A stretch of DNA of 64,000 bases from Candidatus Falkowbacteria bacterium (GTDB taxonomy: Bacteria > Patescibacteriota > Patescibacteriia > Patescibacteriales > GWE2-39-37). The stretch is taken from NCBI GenBank assembly GCA_013336275.1, contig JAAXUA010000001.1, positions 270,167-334,166 on the forward strand, given 5' to 3'. Each line of letters opens with the position of its first letter. Within the stretch, counting starts at the first letter, position 1. This document shows positions 1 to 7,575 of the stretch, one piece after another. The notes under the pieces were generated by a model. The model had not been told where the DNA came from. It worked only from the letters and a program-made list of their open reading frames with translations, and did no database searches. Position numbers and translations under genes: made by a program.

Positions 1-1017
1 GGTTCAGGCCTATACGCTCTTTCCCCGTTCGCTGAAGGCGCACATTATGCCGGGGTGCGCAGCGGATATATAGTAATCCAAGTCGAACAGCACGGCGAGG
101 CTTGGTATGTCTTTCCGACCAACGGCCAGCGCTACTACCTGGGGCGCCCGGCTGACGCTTTCAAGGCGATGCGCTCGCTTGCTCTAGGGGTGCCTCACGG
201 CCTGATCGCTAACACGTCCGTATTCCCCGAGCGTTTTTCCGGCATGATACTTCTGGATGTCGAGAGCCATGGCGAGGCCTACTACATCTATCCTAAGAAC
301 CGTCAGAAATACTACCTGGGACGCCCGGATGATGCATTTCGTGTCATGCGAGAACTCGGCCAAGGAATCACCGACGCCGAACTGAAATACATTCCTGAGG
401 GCGAACTTGATAAGCCGATAATCCTACCGACTGGCAAGACTACTAATATCAAAGTCCCCTTCACTTCCCAGGCTCCATTCGGAGGCTGGTCGGACCAGCG
501 CCAGCAGGACGGTTGCGAGGAATCCTCCTCACTGATGGCCGTACGCTGGGCCACGGGCAAAGCATTGACGAAGGATGAAGCCTTGAAGGAGATTCTCGGC
601 TCATCGGACTATACCCTGAAAAAATACGGCGAATACCGTGACATCTCAGCCGCCGATACGGTTTCCTGGATCCTGAATGATTATTTCAAATACACCAAAG
701 TTGGGCTCAAGAAAAACATCACCGTTGATGACATAGTGGCCGAGCTCGACCGTGGCAATGTAGTGCTGACGCCGATGGATGGCCAAATGCTGCATAACCC
801 GAACTTTACCTCTCCGGGACCGCCCAGGCACATGCTTGTCATCCGCGGCTATGATCCTGAGCGGAAGGTCTTCATCACCAACGACCCTGGCACTCGCAAC
901 GGTGAAGGTTATGAGTACAGTGCCAAGGTCCTTTTCGAGTCCATCCGGGATTACCCGACCGGCTACCACGAACCGATAAGCAAGATCGAAAAGAATATGA
1001 TCGTCGTCTGGAAATAA
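1..1017 (+). CDS. C39-like (papain-fold) peptidase domain protein with two N-terminal tandem repeats; 5'-partial
   Basis: ORF track gives 55..1017, but the frame stays open to nt 1, so the gene probably starts left of the window. Repeats HGEAWYVFPTNGQRYYLGRPADAFKAMRSLALG / HGEAYYIYPKNRQKYYLGRPDDAFRVMRELGQG. C-terminal half has QAPFGGW..DGCEESS (candidate Cys) and HMLVIRGYD (candidate His), as in Peptidase_C39_2-type proteins. Confidence 0.55.
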   Translation, partial: GSGLYALSPFAEGAHYAGVRSGYIVIQVEQHGEAWYVFPTNGQRYYLGRPADAFKAMRSLALGVPHGLIANTSVFPERFSGMILLDVESHGEAYYIYPKNRQKYYLGRPDDAFRVMRELGQGITDAELKYIPEGELDKPIILPTGKTTNIKVPFTSQAPFGGWSDQRQQDGCEESSSLMAVRWATGKALTKDEALKEILGSSDYTLKKYGEYRDISAADTVSWILNDYFKYTKVGLKKNITVDDIVAELDRGNVVLTPMDGQMLHNPNFTSPGPPRHMLVIRGYDPERKVFITNDPGTRNGEGYEYSAKVLFESIRDYPTGYHEPISKIEKNMIVVWK

Positions 1018-1022
1018 CTATC

Positions 1023-1050
1023 AAAAAACCGGCCTATCAAGCCGGTTTTT
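1023..1050. terminator. Bidirectional rho-independent terminator between convergent genes
   Basis: AAAAAA-CCGGC-ctatcaa-GCCGG-TTTTT hairpin flanked by an A-run and a T-run. Confidence 0.7.
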
Positions 1051-1059
1051 CATATTGCA

Positions 1060-1716
1060 TCAATTGAATTTCTTCCAAACCCCTTCGGAAACCACCACGG
1101 TTCGCCCGCCATCCACCTTGATCGCCGACTGGTCATCAAGGGCGTAAAAAGTCTCGGGAAAATCCACCGCCAGTTTCTCCAGATTTTCCATATTCAGATT
1201 CGGGAAATATGGCGAATTCAGATGCGGTCGGACTAAAAGATCGACATAATCCAACCCTTCATCCTTGTCATATTCCCCCGGCACGTCATCATAAAGCTTT
1301 TCTGACATGCTCAAGTCAAGACTCTTACACGCCACCATACTGCCAGCGCTAATCCCGACATATACTCTAGTCTCAAGCAATTCTGGCAACAACGCCGACA
1401 AACCGGACTTTTGCAGCCAATACATCAGATGAAAGGTGTTGCCGCCGCCGAACAAAAAAACGTCGGCCGCTTCGAGACGAGGCTGCCAGATATCTTTCGG
1501 CAGCGCCGAGATGTCAACGATATCGATTGACTTGAAGCCAAGGTTCTTGCAGTTCACCAAGTCGTTGATCAGCCACCATTTGTCACCCGCTTCGACATTA
1601 GCGGCGGTCGGCACGAAAGCAAGATTCAGCTCAGCAAAAGGCCGTCCGGCCAAATCAACTAATGCTTCAGCGATGGACTTGTTCGACAGCCCGGCTGAGG
1701 TTAATAATAATTTCAT
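1060..1716 (-). CDS. Peptidase S51 family (dipeptidase E-like)
   Basis: 218 aa; MKLLLTSAG..., FGGGNTFHL and YVGISAGSMV (nucleophile Ser context) resemble PepE/S51. Confidence 0.6.
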   Translation of the reverse strand: MKLLLTSAGLSNKSIAEALVDLAGRPFAELNLAFVPTAANVEAGDKWWLINDLVNCKNLGFKSIDIVDISALPKDIWQPRLEAADVFLFGGGNTFHLMYWLQKSGLSALLPELLETRVYVGISAGSMVACKSLDLSMSEKLYDDVPGEYDKDEGLDYVDLLVRPHLNSPYFPNLNMENLEKLAVDFPETFYALDDQSAIKVDGGRTVVVSEGVWKKFN

Positions 1717-1725
1717 AAGTCTCGG

Positions 1726-2004
1726 TTATTTTTGAAAATTCTTTTGGCAATCGATAGCCTGCTTGATGCACTCCTCTGGGTCATAACCCAGGTCGTCGCA
1801 CCACCTTATCGTTGCAAAGATCATATTGCCCAATTCTTTCTTAAGCTCATCATCCGTGTGCGTATCTTGATCCTTGATGGCGTTGCGCTCCCAACGGCAG
1901 ATATCGCCAAAAACCTTGCCCATCCGGACGATAACCTGGCTGAGGCTCAGCTTCTGCTCGCCCCAGATATCACGGCTTTGTTCCAATAGATTTTTTATTT
2001 CCAT
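1726..2004 (-). CDS. Small MazG-like all-alpha NTP pyrophosphohydrolase
   Basis: 92 aa; helical with acidic motifs (ELKKELGNMIFATIRWCDDLGYDPEE) typical of single-domain MazG-type proteins; 1-nt gap to the next gene. Confidence 0.5.
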   Translation of the reverse strand: MEIKNLLEQSRDIWGEQKLSLSQVIVRMGKVFGDICRWERNAIKDQDTHTDDELKKELGNMIFATIRWCDDLGYDPEECIKQAIDCQKNFQK

Positions 2005-2005
2005 A

Positions 2006-2551
2006 TTATTTTATTTCATATTTCCAGCCGGGCTGCCAGGCTTTTCGTTTGCGCCAGTCATCCGCAAAGGCCTGATCCCAAGACATTCCCTTCAACAGCA
2101 CATCCAGGGCTAATTGCGGAGCTTTGTGCGCCACGATGGCCACGGACTTGCCGTCGTGATTCGTTTTCAAAAAATCAACAAATTCAGCGATCCGCTTCTT
2201 AACGTCTTCATAGCTCTCGCCGCCAGGAAACCGCCCCATAATGTTCAATTCTTGCATCGGCTCGACGATAGCTGACGGCTTGGCGTTGTATTCGCCGTAG
2301 TTGCATTCGCGCAGCCTGGCATCACTGACAATCTTGGCTGCGCCGCCAAAGGTCAGCTCGGCGGAGCGGACAGCTCGGACCAGATCCGAACAGAACACGA
2401 TATCGAAATGCTTATCCTTGACGATTTCTTTAAGGGCCAAAGACTGCTTGATGCCCAGCTCGGAAAGCTCGACATCGTACCAGCCGGAAGAGATTCCCTG
2501 TTCATTATCAGTTGTGGTCCCGTGGACGAAATAAGTTATGCTGACTGCCAT
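2006..2551 (-). CDS. Histidine phosphatase superfamily (PGAM-like) protein
   Basis: 181 aa; N-terminal ITYFVHGTTTDNE (RHG-type motif with V in place of R), LSELGIKQ, CSDLVRAVRSAE, IVAH. Confidence 0.55.
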   Translation of the reverse strand: MAVSITYFVHGTTTDNEQGISSGWYDVELSELGIKQSLALKEIVKDKHFDIVFCSDLVRAVRSAELTFGGAAKIVSDARLRECNYGEYNAKPSAIVEPMQELNIMGRFPGGESYEDVKKRIAEFVDFLKTNHDGKSVAIVAHKAPQLALDVLLKGMSWDQAFADDWRKRKAWQPGWKYEIK

Positions 2552-2569
2552 AAATAAATTTTACTTGAT

Positions 2570-3010
2570 TCAACTCTCGCGAACTGCCTTGATCCTGCTA
2601 TTGCTTTTCTGTTTTAAAAAATTACGGATGCCTTTTCCGGCCAAGGGCTCATCATCATATCTTGGCATTACGTGCAGGTGGACATGATGCGGCTCGATTT
2701 GCCCGCTGACTTTTCCCACATTCCAGCCTATCGTATAGCCGCTTGGCCCGTACTTCTCATCCAGGTATTTCCTAACCTCTTTCAACAAATTAAACATATC
2801 AAGAACTTCTTCATCTGACAAATCGAAAGGGGTGGCCTTGTGAGCGAACGGGATGATGACTCCAGCACCTTCCAAGACACCTTCTGGATTATATCCGTTG
2901 CTAGACAAAAAAATACATGTCGCATTTCGCATAACCTCTTCTTTTCCCAAAACTTTCTTGTCGCAAAACATGCACTCCATATTTGCTGGTGTTAGTTTTA
3001 TAATTCCCAA
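2570..3010 (-). CDS. HIT-family nucleotide hydrolase/transferase
   Basis: Histidine triad EPHHVHLHVMPR near the C-terminus. An alternative start at MECMFCDKK (nt 2980) is possible. Confidence 0.8.
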   Translation of the reverse strand: MGIIKLTPANMECMFCDKKVLGKEEVMRNATCIFLSSNGYNPEGVLEGAGVIIPFAHKATPFDLSDEEVLDMFNLLKEVRKYLDEKYGPSGYTIGWNVGKVSGQIEPHHVHLHVMPRYDDEPLAGKGIRNFLKQKSNSRIKAVRES

Positions 3011-3017
3011 AATCGTT

Positions 3018-3695
3018 CTATTTGAACTCTTTAATCACCTTGGCGATTACCGCTTGGACTTCCTTGTCGGCCACGTACTTATAGCTGAACCTTCGCTTCA
3101 GCAGCTCGGTGGCATTGCCATACGTCCTCGTGAGCAGCTTCAAAGCATGGTACAGCTCGACTTCTCCCTGCTTATCCTTGGCGTGGCGCTGAAAGCCGCG
3201 GATCAGGTCATAAACGACATGGGCTTCGCAGACCGGCAAATACTTGCCTTCATTAATAGGAGCATAAGCCGTGATTGTTTTTTTATCTTTCAACACGGCA
3301 CCGACGAAGCGGTGCATGCCATCGAGGACCCTGTACATCCCGCTTTCATCCGGCCCTCGCAGCAATATCGGTTCACTTCCGAATGATGCTTCAGTTTCGA
3401 ACTTTTTCCTGACAACCGCATTCTTTGCCATCAAATCGCTAAACTTCTCGACAGATTTATCGCACCGTTCGAGCAATATCTTATTCCACCCAGGGTTGGT
3501 TCCGGTAAAAAGAATCTTCTCCACAGGCAGCTTAATCTTCCTATATTTGATCTTAGGATTTGCCAAGTAATCGCCGATCCAATTCAAACCCACCCCGGCA
3601 TTGACCAGGATCCGACCGCGTGGATCAAGCTGCTTCTTGCTCTTAGACTCTTCGTGAGCGGCTAAATCGCTCAAATACTTTTCAAATTTATTCAT
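3018..3695 (-). CDS. Hypothetical protein with ParB/sulfiredoxin-fold-like motif
   Basis: 225 aa; ILLRGPDESGMYRVLDGMHRFVGAVL resembles the ParB N-terminal (DGxHR) core. No DNA-binding HTH recognised. Confidence 0.35.
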   Translation of the reverse strand: MNKFEKYLSDLAAHEESKSKKQLDPRGRILVNAGVGLNWIGDYLANPKIKYRKIKLPVEKILFTGTNPGWNKILLERCDKSVEKFSDLMAKNAVVRKKFETEASFGSEPILLRGPDESGMYRVLDGMHRFVGAVLKDKKTITAYAPINEGKYLPVCEAHVVYDLIRGFQRHAKDKQGEVELYHALKLLTRTYGNATELLKRRFSYKYVADKEVQAVIAKVIKEFK

Positions 3696-3699
3696 AATT

Positions 3700-4140
3700 T
3701 CACAATCCTATCTCGCTATAATGAACCCCCATGCGGATATCATCTAATGCCTGTTTAACTTCGGGCAAAACATTTTTCGGAAGATTATCCAAAGGGTACC
3801 AGGCCAATTCGTCGCACTTCTCCGGCTCCATGTTCTTGACTTCCCCGCTCCATTTGCTGGCCGTGAGGTAAATATCAAAATATTCCCGGTCCGATGAGAT
3901 GCGATGCATGACATGCGAGACTTCAAGGTCGACCGATTCCAGCACGATTCCAGCCTCTTCTGCCGCTTCACGGATGATGCATTGCGAGGCCGTCTCTCCG
4001 CCGTCGAGATGTCCGGCCACCAAGCTGTAATTGCCGTCTTGGTACCCGGTGTTATAGCGCCGCAAAAGCAAAACCTGGCCATCTTTGACCAAAACCAGAT
4101 AGGCCGCGACATAGGCCCTGAATCGTTCTTTGTGTGACAT
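3700..4140 (-). CDS. Nudix hydrolase
   Basis: Nudix box GHLDGGETASQCIIREAAEEAGI. Confidence 0.85.
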   Translation of the reverse strand: MSHKERFRAYVAAYLVLVKDGQVLLLRRYNTGYQDGNYSLVAGHLDGGETASQCIIREAAEEAGIVLESVDLEVSHVMHRISSDREYFDIYLTASKWSGEVKNMEPEKCDELAWYPLDNLPKNVLPEVKQALDDIRMGVHYSEIGL

Positions 4141-4145
4141 AAGAA

Positions 4146-4571
4146 TTACTTACCTCGCTCATTAATAAAGGCTTCGATATCTTCAAGCATGCTCTGCTTG
4201 GTAACCATCTCCCGTGCTTCTTCCGGCGTCACCCACCTCCAGTCCGAATGCTCTTCAGATATCCTGATATCATCGGTATTCGTCTTGCACCAATACATTA
4301 TTCCGACCAACTCATTTTCAGCGATCCTCTCGCCTCTAAAGATGTGAAAAATCGAAATCGGTTTTATGATTTCAATATCTGCTCCGGTCTCTTCCATGAC
4401 TTCGCGCCTCAAGCCGACCTCCGGCTCCTCGAATTGGTGAAGGCGCCCCGTGACATATTCCCAGATTCCAGGAGAAAAGTCCTTTTCATCACTTCGCTTG
4501 AGCAACAATATCTTGCCAGTAGCCGCATTCTCGATTATCGCCCCAGTGGCGACCAAAAATCTTCCATTCAT
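4146..4571 (-). CDS. Nudix hydrolase
   Basis: Nudix box GRLHQFEEPEVGLRREVMEETGA. The start ATG overlaps the upstream gene's stop codon (ATGA at 4568..4571). Confidence 0.85.
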   Translation of the reverse strand: MNGRFLVATGAIIENAATGKILLLKRSDEKDFSPGIWEYVTGRLHQFEEPEVGLRREVMEETGADIEIIKPISIFHIFRGERIAENELVGIMYWCKTNTDDIRISEEHSDWRWVTPEEAREMVTKQSMLEDIEAFINERGK

Positions 4572-5191
4572 AATTCAGTAGATAAGGGTTTATCAAAGTA
4601 AAAGTCCGACTCGCTGTTTTCATTGATTCCGTCCAAAAAATAGGCCAGCTTGAATCTTGTTTTACCGCCCCAGATGATATTTTCCAAGCGGCAGCAGCCA
4701 AAATATGACAAAGTTTCGAAGGTAAAATTCTTCGGTACCCTGATCACTATATTCGATGTGATATAGCGCTTGGTCAAATCGAACATCGCCTTCATGCTCG
4801 GCTGCGTGTCTTCTATATTATCAACGTGGAGGGATTTTTTTTCGCCGGCAACGCTCCAATCCGGGTCAAGTATAGCAACCTCTGCCGAAATGTTCTTCAG
4901 CAAGTTTTCATCAAGCACATCGCCGACTATGAATTCTATCTTGTCGGCAACACCGTACAGTTCGGCGTTATATTTGGCATCCTTGATTCTATCGGGACTG
5001 ATATCCACTCCGATCACTTTTTCCATGCGGCGAGCCAGCGGTATCACTGCCATGCCGACAGCACAGCACAGTTCGACCGCCGAATTGAAGCGTGACAGCT
5101 GATTGGCGATATGCTCGCCGACGACTTCGGGGCAGCTCATGTAATACGCATCCTCATCAGCCTGGATAGCCTTTAAAAACTTCTGTTCCAT
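4568..5191 (-). CDS. SAM-dependent methyltransferase, TGS1 / RNA cap guanine-N2 methyltransferase-like (Methyltransf_15-like)
   Basis: ELCCAVGMAVIPLARRMEKVIGVDISPDRIKDAKYNAELYGVADKIEFIVGDVL...AEVAILDPDW matches the remembered pattern xDxFxGxGG..ViaiDidp...A..NA.vYGV.d.IefI.GD....DvvflSPPW. Confidence 0.55.
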   Translation of the reverse strand: MEQKFLKAIQADEDAYYMSCPEVVGEHIANQLSRFNSAVELCCAVGMAVIPLARRMEKVIGVDISPDRIKDAKYNAELYGVADKIEFIVGDVLDENLLKNISAEVAILDPDWSVAGEKKSLHVDNIEDTQPSMKAMFDLTKRYITSNIVIRVPKNFTFETLSYFGCCRLENIIWGGKTRFKLAYFLDGINENSESDFYFDKPLSTEL

Positions 5192-5198
5192 AGTTTCA

Positions 5199-5537
5199 TC
5201 ACTCTACCACTCTTTCCAGGATTATTCTTTGTCCGAATCCTCCCCGCTCCTCTGCCTTTTTACGACGCACAGCCTCAAGACTTGATAAGTCGACGTTTTT
5301 CAAAACGCATATCGCATGCAAGACTTCCAAAATGTCAGCGGCTTCTTCTGCCGAGGGGTTTTCCAAAAACTCAGCCACCTCTTCGTGCAGCTTTCTCTCA
5401 AGCGCCTCGCCATATTCCCCAGCGGCGGCAATATGGGTGATCGGCAGCTTACCTTTTGCCTTGATGATTTCCGGAATCTTGTCCCTGACTAATTTATCGT
5501 ATTCCATGCTAATTGATTTTTTTAGTATCGTTTTCAT
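5199..5537 (-). CDS. PRA-PH-like / MazG-superfamily house-cleaning NTP pyrophosphohydrolase
   Basis: 112 aa; YDKLVRDKIPEII...KLHEEVAEFLE...EEAADILEVLHAI...RRKKAEERGGF. AGGAG lies 10 nt upstream. Confidence 0.6.
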   Translation of the reverse strand: MKTILKKSISMEYDKLVRDKIPEIIKAKGKLPITHIAAAGEYGEALERKLHEEVAEFLENPSAEEAADILEVLHAICVLKNVDLSSLEAVRRKKAEERGGFGQRIILERVVE

Positions 5538-5541
5538 AAAA

Positions 5542-5775
5542 TCAGTCTCCTACCGGCTTGAATCTCAAGATTTCCTTGCCGTCAATCACGACTGTTTCAA
5601 GAAACATTTTCATCGGCCGAACCCACAGTGAATTATCACCGAATTTTTCGTGCTCATACAGCGCCCTGTAGACCACCAATTCCTCAAGGGTTTCGCTATG
5701 ATGCGCCACGCCAATGACTTCGTAATAGTTCCCTTTGTAGTGTTGGTACTTTCCTAATTTCATAAAATTGCCCAC
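5542..5775 (-). CDS. DUF1653-like small protein
   Basis: YQHYKGNYYEVIGVAHHSETLEELVVYRALY...LWVRPMKMF. GTG start at 5775, or ATG (MKLGKY) at 5763. Confidence 0.55.
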   Translation of the reverse strand: MGNFMKLGKYQHYKGNYYEVIGVAHHSETLEELVVYRALYEHEKFGDNSLWVRPMKMFLETVVIDGKEILRFKPVGD

Positions 5776-5778
5776 GAA

Positions 5779-6228
5779 TTATCTTTGACCCAACAATTCA
5801 ATCGCCTCCAGAGCCAGCGGTTTTACATTCGCCGGAGCGTCTTCAATCGTCCTTATCTCATCCGCCGTAAACCATTTCAGCTTGGACGTTTCTCCATCTT
5901 GCGGGTTGAGTGCGTCCGTCTGAGAAGTGGCGTAATATATGAAATCGATATGCTGGTGGAATTGGTTGATATCCTCGAGCAAGAGATGCGCCGGACGGAT
6001 CAGCTGCATCACGTCGCCCATCTCTATTTGCGGATCAGGAGAATATAGCTCAACATCCAAGCCCGTCTCTTCCCTCACCTCCCTCAGGGCTGCCGCCTGG
6101 GGCAGCTCGTCCCGGTCGATATGGCCTCCGACCGGAATCCAGAAACATAGCTTTTTGTGGTGATGCAGGAGCACCTTGTCCTTGTGCACGATAAAGGTGG
6201 TAGCGGTAAAATGCTTGGTAATTTCCAT
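5779..6228 (-). CDS. Nudix hydrolase
   Basis: Nudix box GGHIDRDELPQAAALREVREETGL. Confidence 0.85.
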   Translation of the reverse strand: MEITKHFTATTFIVHKDKVLLHHHKKLCFWIPVGGHIDRDELPQAAALREVREETGLDVELYSPDPQIEMGDVMQLIRPAHLLLEDINQFHQHIDFIYYATSQTDALNPQDGETSKLKWFTADEIRTIEDAPANVKPLALEAIELLGQR

Positions 6229-6278
6229 ATTGGCGTTTTACTTGATAAACGAAAACTTTGGAAAACGGCTATCTGTTT

Positions 6279-6653
6279 TCACAGATAGCCCTGCTGACGG
6301 AGGTGGGCGACGATCTTGATTAAGGCGTCGCTGAGATTGTAAGTCTCGGGCTGGTCGGTCCATTCTGCCGCATTGATTTCGGCCTTAGGAAAGACCTTAC
6401 CGCTGCCGTCGGCCATATAGACCTGAGCGGCAAAAGTGTAACCCTTATAAGGCGCTGTGCCGATGAACTCCCCAAGAAAGACCGGCGGCTCCATTTCGAG
6501 TCCTGAAAGCTCCTCGCCCAATTCCCGCATGAGGCAATCAAGGTCAGCCTCGCCGTCCTCAGGTTTGCCGCCCGGCAAAATCCAGAACTCGCCCTTGCGC
6601 ACCAACAGGATACGCCCTTGATCGATAACCACTACACAGATGACTCTTCTCAT
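6279..6653 (-). CDS. Nudix hydrolase (first gene of the 12-gene operon)
   Basis: Nudix box PGGKPEDGEADLDCLMRELGEELSG. Start moved to MRRVICVV (ATG 6651..6653) because GGAGG (6662..6666) lies 8 nt upstream; the ORF track extends to 6680. Confidence 0.8.
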   Translation of the reverse strand: MRRVICVVVIDQGRILLVRKGEFWILPGGKPEDGEADLDCLMRELGEELSGLEMEPPVFLGEFIGTAPYKGYTFAAQVYMADGSGKVFPKAEINAAEWTDQPETYNLSDALIKIVAHLRQQGYL

Positions 6654-6734
6654 GCCTCCAACCTCCATTGATAAGATCATCTCCTTTCCAAAATATTCGT
6701 TAATAGGTGCAAATTACAACTAAATAATACTTAA

Positions 6735-7160
6735 TTATTTTCTGTACAAATATAACATTAATCCATAAATAAACACTGAAGAGACAACCATAATAATGCC
6801 CATGTATATTTTTCCATCAAAGAAAAAGTTTATAGCAAAACCCACACCAACTGCGGATGCAAAAAATTTTATTAGCTCAGGTAAAAAAATAGTTTTTAAC
6901 CTATAATCCATTAGGTTATTTTTCTTTTCGAGTTCGTGATTAGTGCTTCGAAGCTTTTCCAACTCATTTTGACTTTGTTTGAGGGATTTCTTAAGTGAAG
7001 CAACCTCATCCTTTAGATTGCCATTTTCAGCAAATAAAATTTTGCCCACTCCAGAATTGCACAGTTCCTTATCTTTGAGCTGTGAAATTGGCTTATTGTT
7101 TTTTTTCTTACGAGTGTTCACTTTTTTATAAATAGTTCTCGTGGCTCCATGTCTGACCAC
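6735..7160 (-). CDS. Hypothetical coiled-coil protein with C-terminal transmembrane segments
   Basis: 141 aa; Lys-rich N-terminus, coiled coil (LKDEVASLKKSLKQSQNELEKLRSTNHELEKK), hydrophobic tail FFASAVGVGFAINFFF...IIMVVSSVFIYGLMLYLY. AT-rich codons. Start uncertain (overlaps the upstream gene by 43 nt). Confidence 0.4.
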   Translation of the reverse strand: MVRHGATRTIYKKVNTRKKKNNKPISQLKDKELCNSGVGKILFAENGNLKDEVASLKKSLKQSQNELEKLRSTNHELEKKNNLMDYRLKTIFLPELIKFFASAVGVGFAINFFFDGKIYMGIIMVVSSVFIYGLMLYLYRK

Positions 7161-7492
7161 CCATATCTCTTAAACGGTTTAAACGGTTTAAACTGCTTAA
7201 AGGGTCTAAATGGTTCATGCTCGACAAACATTGGGAATGGCTTAAATTGTTTGAATGGTAAAAAAGGCCTTGGCGCATCTGTTGGATGCTTGCCAAAGCC
7301 AACACAGTTACCACCATGATCCCTCATTATACCATTTTCAAACCAGCCAACATGTTGCCCAGAGTAATTATATAGATTTGTCCCATCAAGAAAACCAATG
7401 CTTTTGCCATCAAAGCCAACCAGCCTTCCATTGTCAAGAAGTCTTATACCTGGCTTTCCATATCGATTGTATATTACATCGATTTCTTTCAT
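7118..7492 (-). CDS. 4-fold beta-flower-like protein with FKPF-repeat tail
   Basis: Repeated G-x-x-[IV]G-[FW] beta-hairpin units (GRLVGFDGKSIGFLDGTNLYNYSGQHVGWFENGIMRDHGGNCVGF), then PFKQFKPFPMF...PFRPFKQFKPFKPFK. Confidence 0.45.
   Translation of the reverse strand: MKEIDVIYNRYGKPGIRLLDNGRLVGFDGKSIGFLDGTNLYNYSGQHVGWFENGIMRDHGGNCVGFGKHPTDAPRPFLPFKQFKPFPMFVEHEPFRPFKQFKPFKPFKRYGWSDMEPRELFIKK
7170..7214. repeat. Five tandem 9-nt units (TTAAACGGT-like) inside a CDS
   Basis: ttaaacggt ttaaacggt ttaaactgc ttaaagggt ctaaatggt; encodes the FKPF/FKQF peptide repeat on the minus strand. Confidence 0.8.
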
Positions 7493-7575
7493 ATATTTAT
7501 ATTACCTATTTGGCAATTATTACGGATTTCACATTTCATTGTCACGAATATCACTTGATTCATTTACCGCTCGAT

